From a virus (lineage: Duplodnaviria; Caudoviricetes), in IMG/VR virus record IMGVR_UViG_3300042940_000020, positions 1-25,106 of that record: DNA of 25,106 nucleotides; one strand, given 5' to 3'. Shown piece after piece: positions 16,341 to 25,106 of the stretch (position 1 is its first letter; each line of letters opens with the position of its first letter). Under the pieces are notes generated by a model. The model saw nothing but the letters and a program-made list of their open reading frames with translations, had not been told where the DNA came from and made no database searches. The translations under genes and the position numbers were made by a program.

Positions 16341-18107
16341 ATGCCTGTTGCTAAGAAGTTTTCAGCTACTACGGCTTCTGTACCATCCCCTATTGGCGGG
16401 TGGAACGCTAGGGATTCTGTTGCCGAAATGAACCCGCTTGATGCGGTGGTTTTGGAGAACTTTTATCCTACCCCATCCCAAATTCAGTTAAGAAAAGGCT
16501 TTACCCGATTTGCTACAGGCATATCAGGGCAAGTAGACACCTTAATGAACTACGCAGGGGGTAACACCCAAAAGCTGTTTGCTAGTGCTGGAAGCGTTAT
16601 TTATGAGGTTACAGGCGGTGGTACGGCTACATCAGTCGTAACAAGTCTAGGAAGCGACCGTTGGGAGTTTGTCAATGCGTCTACCGCAGGGGGTAACTTC
16701 CTAACCGCAGTTAATGGAACGGATGCCGCCCTTATTTATGATGGTACGACTTGGGTTAAGTACGCTAATATCAGCACCGCACAAACAATCAGCAACCTAA
16801 CCTCATCAGGCACTACTTGTACGCTAGTAACTAGCACCGCACATGGTCTAGTAACAGGCAATCAGGTCACCATTACGGGTGCAAGCCCAGCCGCCTATAA
16901 CGGCACTTTCAGAATTACCGTTACAAACGGCACGACCTTTACTTACACAGCACTTTCAGCACCAGCTACTAGCCCAGCAAGCCCATTGGGGTCATACACA
17001 GTCGCTAAATTCATTACTGGTGTTGATTCTGCTAACTTAGTCCATGTTAATTTACACAAAGAACGCCTGTATTTTGTAGAAAAAAATAAGTTACGCTTTT
17101 GGTATCTAGGTGCTAACTCCATTAGTGGTGCGGCAACCTCTTATGACCTTGGCGGTGTAGCCCGTATGGGTGGTTTTATTCAGGCGATGGGTACTTGGAC
17201 ACTAGACGCAGGTTACGGGGTAGACGATTACGCTGTATTTATTACTAATAACGGGGAAGCCATTGTTTATAAGGGTTCTGATCCATCTGACCCTACAGAT
17301 TGGTCGCTAATTGGCGTATGGCAACTGGGTCAAGTCTTTACTAGACGCTGTTTCTTTAAGTTTGGCGGGGATTTGTTACTAATTACCCAAGACGGGATCG
17401 TACCTTTAGCGGGTGCATTACAGTCCTCTCGCTTAGACCCACGAATTAATATTACAGACAAGATTTATAACGCTGTAAGTGAAGCCGCAGACCTTTACAG
17501 CACCCAGTTTGGCTGGCAAATCCAGTATTTTGCTAAGTTCAATATGTTGATATTTAACATCCCCGTGATCGGTGGACAACAACAGTTTGTTATGCACAAC
17601 ATTACTAAGGCATGGGCTAACTTTACTGGGATTAATGCTACCTGCTTTGAGTCACATAACGAGGATATGTACTTTGGCGGTAACGGCTTTGTCGGTAAGT
17701 TCTATGATGGCTTATCGGACAACGACACCAATATCAAGGCTACTTGCCAACAAGCATATAGCTATTTTGACGCTAGGGGGCAGTTAAAACGCTTCACAAT
17801 GGTACGCCCTATCCTATTTGTAGATAACGGCACACCGACCGTTCTATGCGGTATAAACACCGATTTTGAAACCCAAAGTTCACTAGGACAGATCAGCTAT
17901 AACCCCGCCTTAATTAGTGTGGGCGTTTGGGATACTAGCCTTTGGGATGATGTGGAATGGGGCGGTGGTAATACCATTTCTAAAAATTGGCAGGGCGTGA
18001 CAGGTATAGGCTATGCGGCAGGAATTAGCATTAATATTGCATCGCAAGATATTGATGTGCGCTGGGCTAGTACCGATTATGTAATGGAAAAAGGTGGAGT
18101 CTTATAG
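16341..18107 (+). CDS. Tail nozzle / DNA stabilization protein (P22 gp10 / tubular protein B-like, beta-propeller)
   Basis: PIGGWNARD N-terminus, LENFYP, LRKG; 588 aa beta-rich; follows the adaptor; contains an FCCH-like insert. Confidence 0.65.
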   Translation: MPVAKKFSATTASVPSPIGGWNARDSVAEMNPLDAVVLENFYPTPSQIQLRKGFTRFATGISGQVDTLMNYAGGNTQKLFASAGSVIYEVTGGGTATSVVTSLGSDRWEFVNASTAGGNFLTAVNGTDAALIYDGTTWVKYANISTAQTISNLTSSGTTCTLVTSTAHGLVTGNQVTITGASPAAYNGTFRITVTNGTTFTYTALSAPATSPASPLGSYTVAKFITGVDSANLVHVNLHKERLYFVEKNKLRFWYLGANSISGAATSYDLGGVARMGGFIQAMGTWTLDAGYGVDDYAVFITNNGEAIVYKGSDPSDPTDWSLIGVWQLGQVFTRRCFFKFGGDLLLITQDGIVPLAGALQSSRLDPRINITDKIYNAVSEAADLYSTQFGWQIQYFAKFNMLIFNIPVIGGQQQFVMHNITKAWANFTGINATCFESHNEDMYFGGNGFVGKFYDGLSDNDTNIKATCQQAYSYFDARGQLKRFTMVRPILFVDNGTPTVLCGINTDFETQSSLGQISYNPALISVGVWDTSLWDDVEWGGGNTISKNWQGVTGIGYAAGISINIASQDIDVRWASTDYVMEKGGVL

Positions 18108-18545
18108 GTGTTATGTGTTGATAAGACAATTGTAGGGCCTTGGATTGCTAGGCATTGCAACATGGTTTTTACGCCTGATAATTCAACAACAATAGGCTGG
18201 ATCAAGGATGGTGAAGTATGTGCGGGGGTATGGTACGAGGATTACAACAAGGTATCCGTAATGTGCCACATTGCCATAACACGGCAAATGACCCCCGAAT
18301 ATTTGAATATCATTTTTGACTATCCTTTTGTACAATTAGGGGTAAATAAGATAGTAGTACCCGTATTAGAGGCTAATGAAGAATCAATACGGTTTGTAAA
18401 GAATTTGGGTTTTGAGGAAAACGCTCGACTACTCGACATTTCCCCTGACGGTGATATGCTGTTTTTTGTAATGACAAAAGACAAATGTAGATTTTTAGGA
18501 GAGAAATATGGGAAAAGGCGGGGGAAGTGCGCCACCACCACCTGA
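18108..18545 (+). CDS. GNAT-family acetyltransferase-like protein (tail-module associated)
   Basis: IFDYPFVQLGVNKI...NEESIRFVKNLGFEE GNAT motif B; GTG start with GGAG RBS; synteny between nozzle and ejection genes. Confidence 0.75.
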   Translation: MLCVDKTIVGPWIARHCNMVFTPDNSTTIGWIKDGEVCAGVWYEDYNKVSVMCHIAITRQMTPEYLNIIFDYPFVQLGVNKIVVPVLEANEESIRFVKNLGFEENARLLDISPDGDMLFFVMTKDKCRFLGEKYGKRRGKCATTT

Positions 18546-19536
18546 TTATGCAGGGGCGGCTAGAGAAACAGCGGCAGGTAACTTAGAGGCGGCACGGGCT
18601 AATATTGCGGCTAATCGTGTAAATCAGTACACGCCTTACGGTTCGCTTGAGTACGAAGTTTCGGGGGAAGATAAGTTTGGCAATCCCATGTGGAAAGCTA
18701 CGCAATCCCTTGCGCCCGCCCAACAACAGCTTTTAGATTACCAAAACAAGGCTAGTTTAGGTCTTGGTCAATTAACTGGTAAGGGTTTGAGTTATGTCAG
18801 CAATATGCTTGATAACCCATTTGACATAAGCAAATTACCAAGCACAGGGTTTAATCCTAGTCAGACCTACCAAGAAGCCTATATGCAACGCCTTGCCCCA
18901 CAGATTCAACAGGGGCGGGAAAAACTAGAACAGCAGTTAGCAAACCAAGGTATTCAACTAGGGTCTGAGGCGTATGACCGAGCAATGCGTAACCAAGCCC
19001 AGCGTGAGAACGACCTTCTTTTAGGTGCTACAACGCAAGGGTTTGGTGTTGGTCAGCAAGCCCGACAGTCTGCCTTACAAGAGCAAGCCTACCTTAGAAA
19101 TGAACCATTAAACACTTTATCTGCGGTTCGTACAGGCGCACAAGTTCAAGGGCCAACCTTTGTAAACCCTGCTATGCAAGCAAACACCGCAGGCCCTGAC
19201 ATATTAGGTGCTACGCAGATGGGCTACAACGCTAATCTAGCCGCATCCAATGCTCAAAATGCCGCAAACAACGCAATGACCCAAGGTTTGTTTAGCCTTG
19301 GTGGTGCGGCACTAATGTCTGATATTCGTACCAAAGAAAATATTAAAGCTATTGGCTGGCTACCTAATGGTTTACCTGTATACGAGTATGAGTACAAAGA
19401 TGAGTTTAAGGATCACCCACTAGCAGGTCATGGAACGCACACAGGCGTGATGGCGCAAGAAGTAGAGGCAATGTATCCGAATGCTGTAATAACCTTACAT
19501 GACGGCTACAAAGCCGTAGATTACGGAAAACTATGA
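18508..19536 (+). CDS. Ejection/pilot-like protein with a C-terminal intramolecular chaperone autoprocessing (Peptidase_S74) domain
   Basis: MGKGGGSAPPPPDY N-terminus, NQYTPYG, Gln/Ala-rich body; C-terminal SDIRTKENI...VYEYEYK...GVMAQEVE...VDY. Confidence 0.75.
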   Translation: MGKGGGSAPPPPDYAGAARETAAGNLEAARANIAANRVNQYTPYGSLEYEVSGEDKFGNPMWKATQSLAPAQQQLLDYQNKASLGLGQLTGKGLSYVSNMLDNPFDISKLPSTGFNPSQTYQEAYMQRLAPQIQQGREKLEQQLANQGIQLGSEAYDRAMRNQAQRENDLLLGATTQGFGVGQQARQSALQEQAYLRNEPLNTLSAVRTGAQVQGPTFVNPAMQANTAGPDILGATQMGYNANLAASNAQNAANNAMTQGLFSLGGAALMSDIRTKENIKAIGWLPNGLPVYEYEYKDEFKDHPLAGHGTHTGVMAQEVEAMYPNAVITLHDGYKAVDYGKL

Positions 19537-19868
19537 ATCCTTACATCCTACCAACACTTCCAATGCAAGATGTTAGCGGTCTACAACCTGTATATCAAAA
19601 CTTTGGGCAACAGCAAGCTAACCAACAGGCGGCATTAGCCCAGCAGAACCAATTTGTGAACGAAGCAGGACAAAGCCAAGGCGGTGGAATGAACCCAATG
19701 GCTTTAGCAATGGCATTGCGTAAGCAAGACCCAAATCAGCAAAGTTTAGCAAGCAAGATAGGTGTTTACGCTAAATCTATTCCTGCAATCATGCAATACG
19801 GTTCTGAAAATGTATACGGTGGATTTGGTCGAGGTCAAGTACCTACAACGACCACAGGAGAGAATTAA
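19533..19868 (+). CDS. Small Gln-rich internal virion protein (putative), 111 aa
   Basis: ATGA overlap; low-complexity Q/G/M composition; lies among ejection genes. Confidence 0.6.
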   Translation: MNPYILPTLPMQDVSGLQPVYQNFGQQQANQQAALAQQNQFVNEAGQSQGGGMNPMALAMALRKQDPNQQSLASKIGVYAKSIPAIMQYGSENVYGGFGRGQVPTTTTGEN

Positions 19869-19870
19869 AA

Positions 19871-21175
19871 ATGGCTGATATTGGAACATTAACCCCCGAT
19901 CAAATGTTGCAACAGCAACAGATTTTGCGTCAGCAAAAGATGGCTGAAATGCTAATGCAACAAGGTATGCAACAACCCCAAAGCCAAATGGTTGGCGGGC
20001 GTTATGTAGCCCCATCCTTGACACAAAATTTAGCACAGTTAGCTAATGTTTATATGGGTCAAAGAGGTATTGAAAAAGCTAATCAAGCCCAAATAGATTT
20101 AGCAAAAGCTATTCGTCAGGGTGAAACCGAAGCACTTGCTGACTTTGAAAAGATTAGACGGGGTACACCAGCCGTTGAGGGTGGTATTTATGGCCCTGAC
20201 AATACTTTAACCATGCAGACCACTCCTGACATGATTGGGCCACAAGGTGAACTTACATCACAATACAGACGGGTTGCTCCTGTTGCGGGTGTAGCACCTA
20301 ATGTTCCAGCGGCATACGCTAACTTGTACGCCAATCCAAAAGCATCACAGCGTCAGCGTGACTTTGCATTTAGCAAGATGACTGAAGGCCCAATTAAGGT
20401 TGGCCCTGAAGATGTTTTATTGGAAGCAGGAACTTATAAACCTTTATACCAAGGCGCAGGTAAACAACCTGATGTTATCAAATACGCTATTGCTGTTGGT
20501 AGATTGCCAGCCGATCCTAAATCATGGACAGCAGAACAAGCGGCATATGCTAAACAATTGGTTGAAAGCAAAACTTCTGCTGGTGCTAATAAGTTTGATT
20601 TTAGTAATATGCTTGGCAAAAGCGTTAGTGATGTTGCCCCAATGTTGGTTGCATCTAAAACAGCAACTAGCGGAGCAATTCAACAAGCAGATGCCGCAAA
20701 CCGCATTATTCAGTCTTTAGATACAAACAAAATATTTACAGGCGCAGGTGCAAACCAAAAATTACAACTGGCTCAAATTGGTCAAATGTTGGGCGTTACT
20801 GGTAATAAAACCGAAGAAATTGTTGCTAATACTCGTCAAGCAATTCAAGGTTTGGCACAGCTTACTTTGCAAGGTCGTAAACAGATGCGTGGCGAGGGTG
20901 CAATTACAGAGTCCGAAGGAGCATTAGCACAACGGGCTATGTCAGGCGATGTATCTTTAACCGCTGGCGAACTTAGAATACTTGCTAATGCCGCAAAACG
21001 CTCTGCTAAATTTACTTATGACCAGCACCAATCAATGATGAGCGCATTGGCTAAAGATAGTCCAAATTCTGTTCCTTACTATCAGCTTGAAGTAAACCCA
21101 AGTATTTTTGGAGAGTCTACAACTGATGTAAGAAAAAAAGCAGATGAAATTATAAAACCTAAATCTACACCTTAA
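19871..21175 (+). CDS. DNA ejection/transfer protein (putative), 434 aa
   Basis: AGGAG RBS; Gln/Ala-rich helical composition; QMVGGRYVAPS and GEGAITESEG motifs; position in the podoviral core-protein block. Confidence 0.6.
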   Translation: MADIGTLTPDQMLQQQQILRQQKMAEMLMQQGMQQPQSQMVGGRYVAPSLTQNLAQLANVYMGQRGIEKANQAQIDLAKAIRQGETEALADFEKIRRGTPAVEGGIYGPDNTLTMQTTPDMIGPQGELTSQYRRVAPVAGVAPNVPAAYANLYANPKASQRQRDFAFSKMTEGPIKVGPEDVLLEAGTYKPLYQGAGKQPDVIKYAIAVGRLPADPKSWTAEQAAYAKQLVESKTSAGANKFDFSNMLGKSVSDVAPMLVASKTATSGAIQQADAANRIIQSLDTNKIFTGAGANQKLQLAQIGQMLGVTGNKTEEIVANTRQAIQGLAQLTLQGRKQMRGEGAITESEGALAQRAMSGDVSLTAGELRILANAAKRSAKFTYDQHQSMMSALAKDSPNSVPYYQLEVNPSIFGESTTDVRKKADEIIKPKSTP

Positions 21176-21176
21176 T

Positions 21177-23219
21177 ATGGCAAACGCAACCGAATACGCT
21201 GAATGGCTTGTAAAAAACGAAGCCAAAAAAGGTACGCCTGAATTTGAAACGGTGGCAGAAGCATATCGTGAAGCCAAAGCTGAAGAAGGCATACAAGCAG
21301 GACAATACACCAGCGTTTTAGGTGAAACTAAAGATGCCAGCGTTCCTAGAAAATTAACGCAAAGCATGATGAAAGGCGTTACTGGTCTTGGAGATATATT
21401 CTTAGGCGCACCCGAAAATGTAAAAAGACTGTATCAGTACGCCACTACGCCTGATATGCCTATACCAAGGGCGGCTTCACCTTCAAGAACATTTTTGACC
21501 GAAAAGGGCATTATTACGCCCGAAGCTGAGTTTAAATCGCCAGTAGGTAGGGTAGCTGGGTTTACTACAGAATTAATGACTAGCGGTGGTTTAAACCCAT
21601 TCTCTATGACTAAAGCGGTAGCAACAAAGCCATTATTGCCCGCTAGTAGAGAAATAGGTAGCCAAGTAGGTCGCACCGCATTTCAGGGTGCTGTTGGTGG
21701 ATCAACTTCTGAATTATTAAACAGCATTGGCATTGAAAGCCCTGTTGCTCAATTTTTAGCAACTGGTGGCGCAATGACTGCGGCAGGTGTTCCTGTTGGT
21801 GGTTTAAGAACTACCGCTTCCGATGTTGTAAATCAGGGTTTAAGAAATGTAACCCCTGAACAATTGCGTTTAGCAGATTTATTGCAAAAAGAGTCAATCC
21901 GCATGGGCAGTCCAATTACGGGTGCAGAGGCTATTGCTCAAGTAAGTGGTAACAAATCTTTAGCTGGCACACAAAGATATTTAGAAAATGCACCGCAAAG
22001 CCAAGGCATTATGAGTCAGTTTATGGTTAATAGACCACAAGGACAGGCTCAAGCGTTTAGCAATCTAATGCCACAAATTAGCCCCAATGCGCCTACATCC
22101 GCTACGCCAATTAACTTACAGCAAGCAGGTCAAGATGTTATTCGTGGTGCTGAACGGGGAGTTACGCAAAAAGTAACACCTTTTTATCAGCAGGGTATGA
22201 ACCAAATGAATGTCTTGGGTGCTGGTAAACCATTGCCTATATTGCCTAACGAGATTGGCGCATTAAAGCAAAATTCAGCAATTGATGACGCTATTAACCA
22301 TGTAAGAAAAGATCCGTATTCAGGCGTTAAAGGTTTATCTGAAAATAACCCACAAGTATTGAATGCCGCCAAGATATACCTTGACGCTCAATATCGTAAC
22401 TTTTCTAAAGCTGTATCATCAAGCGAGGACAAAGCTAAAGCCGCTAATGCTTTTGGTGCAAGCCGTGAACTAGACCAGTATTTATCGTCTAAATCACCGC
22501 TGTATGCACAAGGCAGTACCAATTACGAGGTAGCACAAAGAACTCAGATAACACCTTTAAAACAAGGGCCAGTAGGTCAAATTGCAGAAGGTGCTACGGG
22601 CGCAGATGTCTTGATGCCACAAAAACCCGTATCTTTGTACCCTGCCGACATCAAGCGCACGGCAGACCTGTTACGCAGAAAAGACCCTAACGCATTACCT
22701 GAGTGGACACGCCAAAACCTAGAAAGCATATTTAACGAAACCACCCAAAATGTAGGTGGCGTACAGAACCAGTTTGGTGGGCCTAAGTTTGCAAGTACCA
22801 TTGCTGGTAACAAACAACAGCGTGACAACCTACGCACATTAGTAACAGAATCTAGCGGTATGCAAGCATGGCAGGGATTTGAACGGTTCTTAGATGTTAT
22901 GCAAGCCCAAGGTCAGCGTATGCCAGCTAACTCAGCAACGGCATTTAACCAAATGACCTCAGAAGAATTAAAACGAGGAATGGCAAGTAAAGTAGCAACC
23001 CCGTTAAAACCATCTAATGTGGTTAATTTCTTAGAGGATATGCAATTATCTAGAAATGCTACTTTGTTGTCTAAAATGTTGGTTGACCCCGATTCTGTAT
23101 CTAAATTGGAAGAACTTGCTAGAACTGGGCCAAAGTCTGCTAAAGCGCAAACATTGGTTAATTCAATAGTAGGCGGTTATATTGCACAAAAACCTGAAAT
23201 AGTCGAGGAATCAAAATGA
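21177..23219 (+). CDS. Large DNA ejection/internal virion protein (putative), 680 aa
   Basis: Ala/Gly/Gln-rich helical protein with GAVGG-type membrane-interacting segments; lies before the tail fibre. Confidence 0.6.
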   Translation: MANATEYAEWLVKNEAKKGTPEFETVAEAYREAKAEEGIQAGQYTSVLGETKDASVPRKLTQSMMKGVTGLGDIFLGAPENVKRLYQYATTPDMPIPRAASPSRTFLTEKGIITPEAEFKSPVGRVAGFTTELMTSGGLNPFSMTKAVATKPLLPASREIGSQVGRTAFQGAVGGSTSELLNSIGIESPVAQFLATGGAMTAAGVPVGGLRTTASDVVNQGLRNVTPEQLRLADLLQKESIRMGSPITGAEAIAQVSGNKSLAGTQRYLENAPQSQGIMSQFMVNRPQGQAQAFSNLMPQISPNAPTSATPINLQQAGQDVIRGAERGVTQKVTPFYQQGMNQMNVLGAGKPLPILPNEIGALKQNSAIDDAINHVRKDPYSGVKGLSENNPQVLNAAKIYLDAQYRNFSKAVSSSEDKAKAANAFGASRELDQYLSSKSPLYAQGSTNYEVAQRTQITPLKQGPVGQIAEGATGADVLMPQKPVSLYPADIKRTADLLRRKDPNALPEWTRQNLESIFNETTQNVGGVQNQFGGPKFASTIAGNKQQRDNLRTLVTESSGMQAWQGFERFLDVMQAQGQRMPANSATAFNQMTSEELKRGMASKVATPLKPSNVVNFLEDMQLSRNATLLSKMLVDPDSVSKLEELARTGPKSAKAQTLVNSIVGGYIAQKPEIVEESK

Positions 23220-24079
23220 GTAGAAACGGATCGGGAGTCTATACACTCCCAGCGGGCAATCCAGTCGTAACTGGAACAGTTATATCGACCTCATGGGCTA
23301 ATAACACCATGAACGATTTGGCTTCTGCTATGACCGATTCAGTAGCGGCAGATGGTCAAACCCCAATGACAGGGCCACTAAACCTTAACAGCAACAAGGT
23401 AACCAACCTAGCAAACGCTACCCTAACGGGTGATGCGGTTAACTTTGGGCAATTTAGTACCCCAACATTTACTGGTGCAGTTACCTGTAGTTCTACTCTA
23501 TCGGTTGCTGGTGATACCACAATGGCGGGTAATTTAGCGGTCAATAGCACAGGTCAAATTAAGTTACCTAACGGCTCAACCGCCCAACGCTCTGCTACAC
23601 CAGCGGTAGGTTCAATACGCTATAACACCACCCTACAGCAATTTGAGGGTTACTCGACTTATAGCGGGCAGACAATTAGTTCTATTACTCGTGTTACAAC
23701 CACCGCTACCCTAACAACCGCATCGGCACATAACCTGACTACAGGCACATTTGTCACAGTTAGCGGTGCTGTTCCTGTTGAATATAACGGCACATTTAGC
23801 ATTACTGTAGTTAATGCCACTAGCTTTACTTACACCATGCTTACTACCCCATCGGGTTCAGCATCAACTGTAGGCTCGTATTTAGTGGGAAAATGGTCAC
23901 AAATTGGCGGTGGGGCAACAGGTAATGGCGGTGACCAAGTATTTGTGGAAAATAGCCAAGTCGTAACGGCTTCGTATCAAATTCCTACAGGAAAGAACGC
24001 ATCGACTGTTTCACCCATTACAATCAATGGTGGCGTAGTAGTAACTGTTCCTAGCGGTAGTCGCTGGGTCGTTTTATAA
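23216..24079 (+). CDS. Tail fibre / fibre-anchor protein, 287 aa
   Basis: N-terminal MSRNGSGVYTLPAGNPVVTGTVISTSWANNT tail-attachment segment; PNGSTAQR...GSIRYNTTLQQFEGY module; FCCH-like domain; C-terminal SGSRWVVL. Confidence 0.75.
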   Translation: MSRNGSGVYTLPAGNPVVTGTVISTSWANNTMNDLASAMTDSVAADGQTPMTGPLNLNSNKVTNLANATLTGDAVNFGQFSTPTFTGAVTCSSTLSVAGDTTMAGNLAVNSTGQIKLPNGSTAQRSATPAVGSIRYNTTLQQFEGYSTYSGQTISSITRVTTTATLTTASAHNLTTGTFVTVSGAVPVEYNGTFSITVVNATSFTYTMLTTPSGSASTVGSYLVGKWSQIGGGATGNGGDQVFVENSQVVTASYQIPTGKNASTVSPITINGGVVVTVPSGSRWVVL

Positions 24080-24088
24080 GGAAAATAT

Positions 24089-24979
24089 ATGTCTATTGTC
24101 TTATTAGGCTCAACTAGCGGAAGCTGTACGCTACAGGAACAAGCGGTAGCAGGTACTACTGTATTGGACTTACCAGCCACTAGCGGAACTGTGCTTGTTG
24201 GATATTTAGCAGACTATTTAGTCGTTGCTGGTGGTGGTGGCGGTGGATTTGATGAAGCTGGTGGTGGCGGTGCGGGTGGATTGCTATCAGGCTCAACAAC
24301 ATTAATTACAGGAACAGCATACTCTATTACTGTAGGTTCAGGCGGTACTGGTTCATCATCAGGTCGTGGTGGGGCTGGCACAAGTTCATCATTTGCTACA
24401 GTTATTGCATCAGGTGGCGGTGGTGGCGGTGGTGGAGCTTCTGCTGGTAGCGAAAAAACTGGTGGTAGTGGTGGTTCAGGCGGTGGCGGTGGGCAAGAAA
24501 ACTCTGCTGGTGGCTCAGGTACTAGCGGTCAAGGCTTTGCTGGTGGTGCTGGAAATTATGGTGGGCCAGCCTATCCGGGCGGTGGTGGGGGTGGTGCAGG
24601 AAGTGTTGGAGCAGATGCTACTGGCTCAACTGCTGGAAATGGCGGTTCTGCTGTTACTAGTTCAATTACTGGTTCTGCTGTAGGTTATGCAGGGGGTGGC
24701 GGTGGTGCTGGTCGAGGTTCAGGCGGTACTGCTGGAACTGGTGGCGGTAATGGAAATGCAAACGCTAACGGCTCAAACGCACCTGTAAATCGTGGTGGCG
24801 GTGGTGGTGGATCAGGCGTAGATGGTGGTGGAACTGGTGGAAATGGTGGTTCAGGTATTGTTATTCTTTCTATTCCTACGGCTCGTTATTCAGGAACAAC
24901 TACTGGTTCTCCAACTGTAACAACAAGCGGTTCTAATACTATTCTTCAATTTACTTCTTCAGGGAGTTACACAGCATGA
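24089..24979 (+). CDS. Glycine-rich domain tail-associated protein, 296 aa
   Basis: AAGGA RBS; MSIVLLGSTSGSCTL N-terminus; DYLVVAGGGGGG...GGGGAGG and GGNGGSGIVIL glycine-rich fold motifs. Confidence 0.75.
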   Translation: MSIVLLGSTSGSCTLQEQAVAGTTVLDLPATSGTVLVGYLADYLVVAGGGGGGFDEAGGGGAGGLLSGSTTLITGTAYSITVGSGGTGSSSGRGGAGTSSSFATVIASGGGGGGGGASAGSEKTGGSGGSGGGGGQENSAGGSGTSGQGFAGGAGNYGGPAYPGGGGGGAGSVGADATGSTAGNGGSAVTSSITGSAVGYAGGGGGAGRGSGGTAGTGGGNGNANANGSNAPVNRGGGGGGSGVDGGGTGGNGGSGIVILSIPTARYSGTTTGSPTVTTSGSNTILQFTSSGSYTA

Positions 24980-25106
24980 GCCATTTTGCTAAAGTTTTGA
25001 ACGGCAAAGTCGTTCAATTAATTGTTGCCGAACCTGAATTTTTTCAAACTTTTGTAGATTCTTCAGCAGGAGAATGGATTCAGACTTCCTACAATACGCA
25101 TGGAAA
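24976..25106 (+). CDS. Hypothetical tail-associated protein, 3'-truncated (MSHFAKVLNGKVVQLIVAEPEFFQTFVDSSAGEWIQTSYNTHG...)
   Basis: ATGA overlap with the upstream stop, GGGAG RBS, and an open frame to the end of the window. Confidence 0.7.
   Translation, partial: MSHFAKVLNGKVVQLIVAEPEFFQTFVDSSAGEWIQTSYNTHG

Noticed and set aside
767-24180. Numerous minus-strand ORFs (e.g. 2943-3359, 6324-6710, 7456-7836, 9534-10103, 11978-12394, 12574-12945)
   Set aside because: All lie antisense to strong + strand genes, reflect codon bias or low complexity, and I saw no convincing RBS for them. Only 3827-4012 occupies its own space with an RBS.
24220-24860. GGT/GGC-rich repeats as a tandem repeat or DGR variable region
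   Set aside because: They encode poly-Gly segments of a glycine-rich domain. No template-repeat copy or reverse transcriptase is visible in the window.
1-25106. Specific host or taxonomic assignment
   Set aside because: The gene content resembles uncultured aquatic proteobacterial podoviruses, but nothing in the window fixes the host. A database comparison would be needed.

Overview
This 25.1-kb window is the late (packaging and morphogenesis) region of a tailed dsDNA bacteriophage with a podovirus-like layout: no tape-measure or sheath gene, but adaptor, nozzle and several ejection-type proteins. Almost everything is on the + strand in tightly coupled operons. The order is: DUF1364-like nuclease, RusA resolvase, Dps/ferritin-like protein, a cluster of small basic proteins, a 433-aa unknown with a small convergent antisense gene, terS, terL, portal, a Ser/Thr-rich fibre, a GT9-like glycosyltransferase, scaffold, major capsid, decoration protein, terminator, adaptor, nozzle, GNAT, ejection proteins and tail fibres. 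The main finding is that the major capsid gene is split by a 280-nt ORF-less group I self-splicing intron (13332-13611). Its P1/P10, P3-P9 helices, P7 G-binding core and terminal G can be read from the sequence, and splicing restores a 326-aa capsid protein. Secondary signals: (1) a scaffold-like 10-residue motif shared by four small proteins; (2) a possible effector plus antisense immunity pair with its own sigma70 promoter; (3) a glycosyltransferase whose conserved-looking N-terminus has no canonical start codon; (4) two fibres ending in the same SGSRWVVL module; (5) strong apparent avoidance of GCWGC, GGWCC and CCWGG. All protein calls come from motif recognition and synteny, not database searches.
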